Assembly: GCA_964036045.1 (NCBI GenBank)
Contig: OZ038378.1
Coordinates: 33,108,001-33,172,000, forward strand
Length of the DNA stretch: 64,000 nucleotides
Direction: 5' to 3'
DNA from: Eutreptiella sp. 'Long Island Sound 2002'
Taxonomy: Eukaryota; Protista; Euglenida
Below the pieces are notes generated by a model. It saw nothing but the letters and a program-made list of their open reading frames with translations. It did not search any database and had not been told where the DNA came from. Both the position numbers and the translations under genes were made by a program. Shown one piece after another: positions 23,657-34,300 of this stretch (positions are counted from its first letter, which is position 1; each line of letters begins with the position of its first letter).

Positions 23657-24794
23657 CGCCTTTGGGGCCATGTGGAGACCTATGGGGGCTTGTGGGGAGC
23701 TATGGGGGTCTGTTGAGACGTATGGGGGCCTATGGGGGCCTACAGCGATTTATTGGCACCTATGGGGACCTATGGGAACGTTTGGGCGCCTATGGGGTCT
23801 AGGGGGGGCTATGGGGACCGATTGGCGCCTATGGGGACCCATTGGCGCCTATGGGGACCTTTGACGACCTATGGGAAACTATGGGGACCTATGGACACCT
23901 TTGGGGGCCTATGGGGACCTGTAGGGGATACGGGCACCTAGGCACCTATGGGACGTATGGGGGGTATGGGGGCCTATGGCGAGTTTTGGGGACCTATGGG
24001 TCCCTATGGGGACCCGTGGGGAGTTTTGAGAACCTATGGGAAGCTTTGGACATCCATGGGGACCTATGGGGACCTTTGGGGACCCTATGGGTACCCGTGG
24101 CGACCTATGGGGACATTTGGGAACCTATGGGGACCTATGGGGGTCTATGGGGACCTATGGGGAGCTATGGGGGCCTATGGGGACCCATAGGGGATACACG
24201 CACGGAGGCACCTATGGGGACGTCTGGGGGGTATGGGGACCTATGGCGAGTTTTGGGCACCTATAGGCCCCTATGGGGACCTGTGGGGAGTTTTGAGAAC
24301 CTATGGGGACCTTTGGACATCCATGGGGACCTATGGGGACCTTTGGGGACCCTATGGGTGCCCGTGGCGACCTATGGGGACATTAGGGGACCTATGGGGA
24401 CCAATGTGGGTCTATGGGGACCTTTGGGGATCTATGGGGAGCTAGTCGGGCCTATGGGGACCAAAAGGGGATACGGCCACCAAGGCACCTATTGGGACGT
24501 ATGGGGGCTATGGGGACCTATGGCGAGTTTTGGGGACCTATGGCCCCTCATGGGCACTTGTGGCGAGTTTTGAGAACCTATGGGAACCTTTGGACATCCA
24601 TGGGGACCTATAGGAACCGTTGGGGACCCTATGCGTGCCCGTGGCGACCTATGGGGACATTTGGGGACCTATGGGGACCTATGGGGGTCTTTGAGGACCT
24701 TTGAGGAGCTCTGCGGGCCTATGGGGGCCTATGGGAACCTTTGGTGACCTATAACGTCTATGGTGACTTTTCGGAACTCTGTAAGGACCTATGT
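23657..24794. repeat. (GGGGACCTAT)n satellite, block 2
   Basis: Same monomer and higher-order landmarks. Confidence 0.95.
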
Positions 24795-24999
24795 CTTTGG
24801 CGTCACAAGTTGCCCACCCTCTAGGACCCCGTATACGCGCAATTTCACAATATTCTACATTTCTACTTTGAGTATGTTATTTGGCGTATGTGACCAAAGT
24901 TGTTGGCAGAGCTGTGTGACACCCGTTGAAATACGTGTTGATGTGTTAGCCTTGTGTATCCCCGTCTTCTAGTGTGTTGTACTTGACGTTTTTCTGAAG

Positions 25000-25300
25000 C
25001 TGGCCGAAATTTCGGCCAGGTTTTGGGTAACATTGCAAACAACTATGTGTATATGCAGTTTTCTACCCTTCTGGCCGAAATTTCGGCCAGCTTTTTGGTT
25101 TCTTGGTGAATAGGCATAGTTATTTTCATTTTTCTTAGGGCTGGGTGAAATTTCGGCTAGCTTTTTGGTCTGTTCACTATTCAAGCACTTATTTTCTGGT
25201 TTTTGGGCGGTCTGGCCGAAATTTCGGCCAGCTTTTCCTATTTTTGAACATTTAAGCAATTATTTCCCCTTTGAACACACCTGGCCGAAATTTCGGCCAG
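25000..25300. repeat. Array of five 20-bp palindromes CTGGCCGAAATTTCGGCCAG with 49-51-nt spacers
   Basis: Copies start at 25000, 25071, 25141 (variant), 25212 and 25281. Confidence 0.95.
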
Positions 25301-25371
25301 CTTGCAATTGTCGTTGTTCATGAGTATTACACCATACACTCCTACATAACTGTTTTCTTGTCTCAGCATTA

Positions 25372-27258
25372 ATGTCTTCTGCTATTACTGTCAATGTTGT
25401 ACATGCTGCAGTTACTGGTGCTTTTGCTACTACAGCCAAAGGGCTGTTGCGAAATGCATTACGTGGTGGGACTCTGCAAAAGCTTTTGCAATTCTGCCTC
25501 TTGTTGCGGAAGAATCGCAGGAGCCGGCACTCCCTGACACAGTTGAAGGCTGCCGCCACTGAGAAGAAGCCCCCACGATGGTACATGACATTTTTGTCAC
25601 AGTTCCGTGCCCTATACTGCCTGCTGCGCCGTATGGCCCTCCCATACTCTAACTGTGGGTCTGGTTACAACTGGGGTATTATGTCCTGCCGCCAACGCCG
25701 TAAGGTAGGAGTCCTTGGTCAGTGTAACACTAAGCAGGAGTCCATTCAGCATCGTGCTGGACTAGCAGCACACAACTTTTGGAACACCATGCACCGTAGG
25801 CAAGTTTGTATATGGTTTGATAACCTGAGGCGTTACAGGTCGGGAGCTGATCCCCATTCACCCGACTTAACCCTAAATTGTACAGCTGGACATGAAAATA
25901 CACTTTGCCCTACTTAAGCTGTGTTATGGTGCTGCTTATGTTCCCTGGAATGTACCACAATTACTGTTGGGTTTTCTTTTGGTGTACGGAGTATGGCATA
26001 GCTATAAGTATTGCGTTGAATTGATCTACAGGGCGTTCCTGCCGTTCATTAAGTTTTTGGAGCAGGGGAAGAGCCTTCAGGTTGGGTCTATCCCCCCTCG
26101 CAAGGTCAAGGTCATCCATATGGAGAAGACGTTGCTTGGACTCATGCTAGCCACATCGTCCAATAGAGGCAGACTAGATGAGCGCGTCACTTCCCTGCTC
26201 AATAGCCAGCGGGACTTGACACCCATTCAGCGCAAGGGTTTGCGTATGTTATTAGCCCTTAAGGCTTTGCTGTACACATACTGTCCAGCTGCTTTCAGCA
26301 TTGGGACTTTGGTTCGTGAGTGCAACTGGGAGGGACGGGGGGCAGGTTCCGGTATTGTAGCTAAGCGGGCACTTGAGATGTCCCTACTGCTCATGCTGAA
26401 CATCCTAAAGCCCGAGGAACAGTTAACCACGGAGTATGTGAAAACCACCGCTGTTGCTCTTTTGTTTTGGAGTCAGTGGCATTCCGCCTCCCTAGGGTGT
26501 ATCCACTCTGAGGAGCTGGGTGAGGCACTTCTGAGTCGGTTCTCAGCCCACTGTCGCCGCAACACTGCCTGTACTAGTGTCCAACAGTCGTCTGATTTAT
26601 TTCTGACACTTCCCCCTGTCCAACCGGGAGAGAAAGTTTTGCGTGGTGTGTTGACTGAGAGATCCGTGGCAATGTTCTCTGCCAATCTTAAACAATTCAT
26701 CTTGACAGCCCATACACAGAGCCTGCCCATTTGTGTTCCCGTTCCGGACTATAAGGTTGAGGTGAGAAGACTGGATGCAGTTGAGGATTTGACGTTCCCC
26801 GGTACCATGTCTAGGACACGAATCACCACAGACCGTTTAAAGGTGGTTCTGTTGCATGCAATGCAAAATCTGGTTGCGCGCACCAGGGTTCCTGAGGGTG
26901 TTGAGGATTTTTTACAGACAAATGCACCTGCCCGCACTGCTGCCGAGCAAGGGGTGTTGCGTACTGCACATGCTTCTATTCGGGCTGCCAACCGTGCACC
27001 GCCTGCTGCTGCTGCTGCTGCTCCTGGTGGAATTGCCTTGCCCCCAAAGCCACCCCCGAAGCCCCGAGCCAGAGGCCCCCCAGTACCCCCCCCGGACCCC
27101 CCCCCCGCCCAGTACCCCCCCCCGCCCTTGATGATTCCATTGTTGTCGACTCTTGTGATAGTCACCAGGATATTGATTGTGATGCAGACAGCGTTGCCTC
27201 CTTTGAAGCCCTAGATGAGGCGGAACACATCGGTGTGGATACCCAGGACTGGGACTGA
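25372..27258 (+). pseudogene. Putative DDE transposase (Transib/RAG1-like motif pattern), frameshifted
   Basis: WFDN (D at 25819), LDMK (D at 25889), GVWHSYK, HSEELGE (26510-26524); frame break at about 25885; a second shift in the poly-C tract puts an acidic tail (DDSIVVDSCDSHQDIDCDAD...) in another frame, ending TGA 27256-27258. Confidence 0.6.
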
Positions 27259-27350
27259 TTTCTGTTTGCAGCTGTGTTTGTCACTGTGGTATGGGTTCTG
27301 CCACGCATTGCCAGTGATTTTGGTGTGTCTATTTGCTGTTTCATGTTTTT

Positions 27351-27509
27351 GTGGCCGAAATTTCGGCCAGACTTGTTGTTTTGTCATATGGCTACCCCCA
27401 GAACACAAATGACTTAAGGTTCTGGCCGAAATTTCGGCCAGCCTCTCAGAATGGTATTTGTACACAGTGGTTTGACATGTAGAGCAGTGCTGGCCGAAAT
27501 TTCGGCCAG
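27351..27509. repeat. Three copies of the 20-bp palindrome between gene 1 and gene 2
   Basis: Starts at 27351, 27422 and 27490 (71- and 68-bp period). Confidence 0.95.
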
Positions 27510-27628
27510 GTTATCCGAATTTCCTGTCAGGCAGTCCGTTTTGGTCCTTTTTTGGTTGATCTGTGCTTGTTATTTGCTATCTGGGAACTCTCCCCTTCAC
27601 GAAATGTTGCCCTGTAGCCCTTTATTTT

Positions 27629-30215
27629 ATGACTGAGCCTGGAGGGGTATCACAGGACATGGCTGTTTCGCCAGATGGTGAGCCTGCAGCAAACAATGGG
27701 CAATCTCAAGTGCAATCCCAGTCTCAAGAGGACCAGGCGAGCACAGAGGGACTTCAAAAGAAGCCTAAGGCCGCACCAAAGAAAAATTCATCATCCTCCA
27801 TCAAGTTATCCGACTGGGTTACGTCAACGACGAAAATAAAGGTTCGGTGGGATCAGATTATTATCGACCACGACCGAAAATTTGGGCAGGTCCGTAGGAT
27901 TTCTGATGATCGCGTGCAACGCCGCTACGACGATCTGAAGGCAGCCCCGCCTGTGGATTACATCCAGGATCTTCTTTTTTATAAAGTCACTCGTATGTGT
28001 GTTGTGGTATTCTTCTCGATAGTACCGTTTTCGCGTCTGAATTTTCGACCCTGCTGTTACGAATATTCCCGTTGCACAGCCACTCGCTGGGTTCTGTTGG
28101 GGGGTCAGCATGTTTACACTGCTGCCCAAAAACACAAGACCGAATTTGAGATGAAAAATATGGAGACTCCGGATTGGACCCTGGTATTTGGTGGTTATGA
28201 AGTAAAACAGGACTGCCCCCTGCGGACTAGGCGCCGGCTTGCAGGCTTACATCAAATCCAGACCACTGCTGGCTCAGCATCCACCACATCGGAGCGAATG
28301 TCCCTACTCCTGGATAGGCTTGAGGATGAGGATGCCAATGAGTACACCCTATACCATCACATTACTGTTATGCTTGAAGAGTGTGGTGTCACTGCCGAGG
28401 AAGGCACTGTGGTGTGTTTCGTTTATTAATTCGGTTTTGTCGATCGACCTGGCCGAAATTTCGCCAGCTTCTGTGTTCCACATGTTCTCCTGTGCAGAGT
28501 GCTGTTGCCAAACGGTGGGGTGGCGTTGGGCGTTTGGTGAAATTTTTGGGTCTTCCTTCAGTAGACGCCATGGCAGCCATGGAAAAGCGTGGACTACATC
28601 CCGCATTGGGTACGTTCAAGGAAGTGGAAGGCATCACGCCTGACCGACTTCGCGAGATCGTAGGTTACATGGATGGGACAAAAAGTACCCTACCTGGTCT
28701 CAAATAAATTATAAAAGATGTTGAAAAGGCCCAGATGTGGTCCTGGCACATTCTTCATCCCGAGGCGGTTACCAATGGGCTTGTGAACAACACCAGAGGT
28801 ATGTTTTGGTCAAACAGGGGTTTGTATTCGAATAAATCGACCGACTTGGCCGAAATTTCGGCCAGCTTGTGTGTCGTTCAATTAATGCACAATAGGAGCC
28901 CACCCTGTGCTACCACCTGTCTGCAGCTACACTTGGTACTATCGAGATGGCCAAAAGGCAGTGCGCTATTGCATCACACCTGAAGGTAGCCTATGGCAGT
29001 TGGACCTGGACTGAAGAAAACCCCTGGCCCCCGTGGTCAGCAGTAATTAAGCCCCCTCTTTGGAAGGAACCCAAATATGAGGGGTTGCGGGGATTGTTGC
29101 AGAAGCCTGTTGCTAAGCCTGTTTGTGAAAAATCTGATACTGGTCTGATCAGTATCCAGTGTGCTAGGGAGTCCCTCGTTGAGTCAAGCACAGGCAAACT
29201 CATTGCAGAGTCAGGCCGTGTGGAACTGATGGCAACGCGTTGTGGAGTCCCTGTTCCCAGTATCATTAGTTCACTGCCCTTTGCTGCTTGTGTCATTGAG
29301 GTGCCCCGCCTCTATACATCTGGTTTGCATAACCTGGTTGCGCAGCTGCTTTTGTCCGGTGTGCCTGTGTTCATTGCGGGTGAGTCTGCTGATGTGAAAG
29401 ACACTGTTGCTGCTTTGAAGGCCACTGTGGCTCAGGATATGTATCACTGTGATGTTGCACTTTACAATTTGTCAAGCAAGACCCCGCTGTACACTTCTAC
29501 GTCCCATCTGGTTTCCATTTGTTCTGCCACTGCCTTTGATAACAGGCTGCCCCGTTACGTGGCTTTTACTGAAGGACCCATGTCGTCTGTGATGCCTGTT
29601 GAAATATTCTCATTTCTTTTGAGCCTGGTTCCGGTCCCAGAACGGGCAGGCAACTGGTTTTTGCTGGGGACTCTGTCTGTGTATTTTGCAAGCATGATGT
29701 CTACCAGGTTTTCCAAGGACTGTAATGTTGTGTGTGCCCTCTTGGGTGAGGAGACTGTTGTGCCCGATGACTTTGTTCAGCTCATCAGAGCAGGTATCAC
29801 CAACGCCGACACGTGCCCCCCCAAGTCATGGGAGGATGTGTACCACGACTTGGGGGCAGGTTTTCCTGTGGATTGTTCTGGGGTTAGGTATGTAGATGAG
29901 GATCCTGAGGAGCAAGATGGGGAGGCAGAGTCGCAACCAGAGACACAGACTCCAAAGAAGAAACCCAAAACTGCCCCTGCCCCCTCACCCAGTGGCACGC
30001 AGTGCGCTCAGGCCACCCCAGCTTCCTCCTCAGGCACTGTTGCCCCTACTGGCAAAGGTATGAATACTTTTGTGAACCATTTTTCACCATCCCAGGGTGG
30101 AAACACACAGCCACAGAACTCTGCCACTGCCAAGCCTGGTGCTACAGCCCCTGCCAAGCCTCCTGCTAACACAGGTGCTAAGAAGCCCCGTGCATCTGGT
30201 CTGCGCAAGCGCTAA
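27629..30215 (+). pseudogene. Four-exon gene for a protein with a ParB/Sulfiredoxin-like N-terminal domain (761 codons, one premature TAA)
   Basis: Exons 27629-27992, 28080-28411, 28498-28798 and 28927-30215 with GT-AG introns sum to 2286 nt in one frame; GQVRRISDDRVQRRYDDLKAAPP...WVLLGGQHVYTAA; TAA at 28705-28707. Confidence 0.7.
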
Positions 30216-30254
30216 TGCCAGTCCTGCTGCTTATATTGCCTGTCAGCATGAAGT

Positions 30255-30578
30255 CTGGCCGAAATTCCGGCCAGCATGCAGTCCTCAGCCTCTTCGGCCT
30301 TTTATCATTGTGTTTCCCCATAGGCACTGCAAAAGTCTGCTTTGATTCGTCAGGTGGCAAGTATTTGCTTGTAATTGAGTATATTATGTTGCACACCCTG
30401 TTCAAATGTCACTGCTCCTGTGTTCCTTGCTCATGTCTACTGTCTTAGGTACCCCTTTCAGTGATCATATTCGGAGTTTCGATGGACCTGGCCGAAATTT
30501 CGGCCAGCTTAGGCCTGTCTCTCAAATAGGACCATGTGTTTGGACTTTTTTCGAAGAGCTGGCCGAAATTTCGGCCAG
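30255..30578. repeat. Right subterminal palindrome copies
   Basis: 30255 (one mismatch), 30488 and 30559 (71 bp apart). Confidence 0.9.
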
Positions 30579-31003
30579 GTTGGTTAAAATAGCAAATACA
30601 AGTACATGCTTTGGGATAGTTTTCTGTGTGCTTCAATGAAAGGTATGTTTGGGGTTCCCTCATCTGTGGTGTATAGGGGGGTTCTGTGATCAACCTCGAA
30701 CAAAGGGGAGAGAAAAATAGGCAGCCCCCCCCCCCCCCCACACACTGGAATGCAGTGGTCTAAATGTAAAACAACACTATAATTTGGTGATTGAACGTCT
30801 TTATTTTGAAAATCTGTGTGTTTCCAGAAATGCAAATAATGGCATATATTTGAAATACACACCTTGTTTTTGCATGTTGCCACCAGGGGGGTTTGGGTAC
30901 CCAAAAAATAACACCCCTTTTCACATACTTTTCCCCTCATTACAACATGGACTTCCGTGGGCCATAGCGCCAGGTGGGGGGTGGGCAACTTGTGACGCCT
31001 AAG

Positions 31004-31325
31004 TATGTGGGTGTATGGGGACACATTGGTACTTTTGGGGACCTTTGATGACCTACGGTGACCTGACGGGGCCCATGGCGTCATATGGGGGCTTATGGGG
31101 ACCTATGGGGAGCTTTGGGGTCCTATGGGGACCAAAAGGGGCCTATGGGCCCCTAGGCACCGATGGGGTGCTATAGGGGCCCATGGGCACCTAGGCACCT
31201 ATGGGGACCTATGGGGGCCCATGTGGACCTATCGGGACTTATGGGGGTATATGGGATCCTATGGAGACCTATCGGGACGATTGATGGCCTATGGGGGTCT
31301 ATGGGGACCCATGGGGACCTATGGG
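31004..31325. repeat. (GGGGACCTAT)n satellite, block 3
   Basis: Continues the sequence interrupted at 24794. Confidence 0.9.
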
Positions 31326-34300
31326 AGTAGAGTGGAGTGGAGTGGCTGCCGCTATCCCTAGCGCTAGGCCCGGGGCCCCTAGGCTTTCACCACGTGCGGC
31401 ACTGGCTCCGTGACATACTGTACGTTGTATGAACCACGGTTGCTCTAGGATCTCACGCGTCGCTCCACGCATTGCGTTGCTTGCTCAGTGGCCTCAGATC
31501 AGGCACGTCCGGGTCAACCCCTTCTTGGGTGGTCCTTGCCCGAACATGCCCGTGGCATACCTGGGTCACAAGCCGCCGTTGCCTTTCACCACCGCCCCTC
31601 GTTGCTTGTAGGCGCGCCTGGCGTTTCCTCCGCTGCTACGTGGTGTTGCTCCGGACCCCCTTCCCTTCTACCTTGGGGTGGGCCTAGTGTGCATGGCGGC
31701 CCACCTGGAGCGCTGGCCCATGTGCTGTGCCCCCCTCCCCCGCGGGGCAAGCGCGCGTTGCCTGGCCTGCTCCTAGCAGCTGAGAGCAGGCACTGGGTGT
31801 TTGCGGGATCATTTTGTCGTCACTAACCAAGCAGCCATTGGGTCCCACAGTAAGAGGTGTGTCTGGTATGTTGTCCGACTGTGAGGGTGTTCATGGTGGC
31901 CGAAGCAGAACAACCACTCTAATTGAAGGGCCGCGATCTAGCTGCGCGGCGCACGCTCCTATGCGTCCGGCACACCGAGGGCTGTAGCCCACGTCCTCAT
32001 CGGTCATACACACAGACACGAGGGCAGCCGGCTGTCCCCTAGTCCCGCGTCGGGGGGCATATGGTGCGTTGTTCCGAAAGCACGAGTGCACGACCCACCG
32101 GTCGAGGGACGGGAGCACCCACTGAACCAGCAGCTCCTGTTGGAAGCGTAGGATAGGACCATTGCTGCCGCCGCCTACGATGAGGCCGCGCTTGTCGAGG
32201 ACCTTTCACAGGTTATAGGCGGGGACGGCCAGCTTGTTAAGCAGCGTTTGCAACACATCGTCAGAAGGGGGGCAGCCGTCCCCCAAAGCACAGGCCGTGT
32301 GGCGAGCCGGGCGGATGTCAACCCCTACAGGTTCTAGAGGGGGGAGAGGAGTCAGGGGGTCGATGACTGTGTACCGGGCCCCTTGGGCGGTGGCGACAGC
32401 CAGCCCCCGTCGTGAGTCGGCCGCCATCAAGGAGGTCTCGGTCATCAGGCGCTGAATCAAGGAGAGGTAGATGCACATGCGCATGATGTAGTGCGCAGTA
32501 TACTCTCTAGGTGTGTGGACATGTCTCGGGTCATCTCGTAGCAGAACAAGCAGTGCGTTGCTCAGTGCCCGGGAGGGGTGCAGCGCAATGCCAGAAGCCG
32601 AAGGAGCGACATGTGTTGAAGTTGGAGCTCAGGGAGGGTGCCGTTGTTGAGGGCCCGGAGCACTATTGGATGCCACGGGAATGGCCGAGCCGTGGGGTAG
32701 CGGTTGAGTAGGGTGGCCCTAGTTTTGTACTTATATACACGCTACACCGCGTGGCGAGCATCCACTACTTAGGAGCGTTGTCAGAAGGCCCGCACACGGT
32801 TCACCAATAGGCACAGCCAAGGCGCCACCGAGTGTTGGGGGTGCTGCCCTGCCCGTTGCGCCCCGCGGCGCGCCATGTGGTGTATGCTTCGGAGCAGGTC
32901 GTCTGGTGCTTTGCGGTGTCTGCTGGTGGACAACCACACGTCCGCAGGTGTAGCCGCTATGGGGAGGGGGGCCAAGAGCCTGTACAAGGGGTCCAAGAGC
33001 GAACAGGGCAGTGGGGCCCTATCATAGGTGGATGCCACAGTGTTGGTAGAGTCGGCGATGAAGTACACAACCCCCTACCAGTCCCCGGGGGTTTCAAGCG
33101 TCGCCCATCGCCCAGGCGGTTAGGCTTCTGCGGGGCTGCCCCCCACGGAGCGGCGGGATGCCGCGCTGTTGATGAACGGGCCAAGCTGAAGGCTCCATAG
33201 GACGAAGGCCCACGCCGTGACGCCGTTCAAGTAGGTCCCGTCGTAGACCGCGTGGACCGTCGTGATCCCCACGAGGCCCGAGGGGGAGCCGCAGGTACGT
33301 GGCATAGGGGCCGGGACATCGGCAGGCAGCGTGACTAGGCGGTAATCCCGTTGGCGCATGGCTGTGTGCAGGGAAATGTCTTCATGGTGCCAGTCACGGA
33401 TGAACGAGCAACTTAGCGGATAATGTACCGCGGACACCGCGGTCGCACAGCGCGAGTAGGAGGAGCTAAGGTAGCATGGGAGTAAGAGCAGCTCGCCCCG
33501 GTCGTGCAAGCTGGGCGCTCCGGCCGCACCTTCCTCAAGGGCCAGCTTCAGCCGCTCCACAAGCGTCTACTTCGGGAGGAGGAACGCCCGCCGGAACGGT
33601 TTGTGCATGGCCACCTGATGCGTTGGGACGTGCCATCTGGTCAACAAGAGCCCCCGAAGCAGGTTGTCCCCGCTAAATACCTCGTAGGCCAACAGGGCAC
33701 AAATTCGTAGGAGGGGGGGCAGGCGCAGTAGCGTGGGCGCTGCGGTTGCCCGCTGCAGGGCGCGTAGAAACCGGCCCAGCTTGCAACGGCATGTTTGCCA
33801 GCACAGGGACTCGCAGCCAGGCACCACAGGTTGAAACATGCCCCGGCAATACGCCGCATGCCGCGGAATGCCGCCGCATGCCGCGGCAGCCGGTTATGGG
33901 GCCTGTTGGTGGGGACATTGAAGCATGTTGCAGCATGCCGCAGAATGCCGCACCATGCGGCAACACATCGACAAATCTGCTCAGACCAAAATATTGATAC
34001 CACCTTTCAGCAACAGCGCCGTCAAGAATAGGGGTGCTCTAGTGGGTGGATGCAGTGGCTCTCATTTCAAGGACACCGGTTCAATTCCCAGTGATGTCAG
34101 CACGATGTCCTTTGTGGCTGCCAAAGCAAGGTTTCGGGCTGGTGGATCCCCCCCCCCCCTTTTCCCTTTCTTTTGGTGCTGTGCTTTGACAGGCCCTCGT
34201 GGTCTTCACTTTGTCTTCTAATGTCTAATGTTGAACCCGCTGCCGACGGGACAACACAACCCAAGAGGACCAAGGAGACAACCAGGAGTACCACAGAGTG

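Larger units (their letters stand above)
24795..31003 (+). mobile_element. 6209-bp two-gene DNA transposon with 25-bp TIRs and 5-bp TSD
   Basis: Left CTTTGGCGTCACAAGTTGCCCACCC (24795-24819); right rc CTTAGGCGTCACAAGTTGCCCACCC (30979-31003), 24/25 identical; TATGT at 24790-24794 and 31004-31008; the empty paralogous site has one TATGT (22206-22210). Confidence 0.92.

Noticed and set aside
25000-25300. True CRISPR array
   Set aside because: No cas genes, eukaryotic intron-containing context, only 20-bp repeats, mutually related spacers, and the same motif occurs singly in introns.
25839-25885. 47-nt GT-AG intron repairing the transposase frameshift
   Set aside because: Splicing gives AGC TGG ACA TGA, a stop in the wrong frame.
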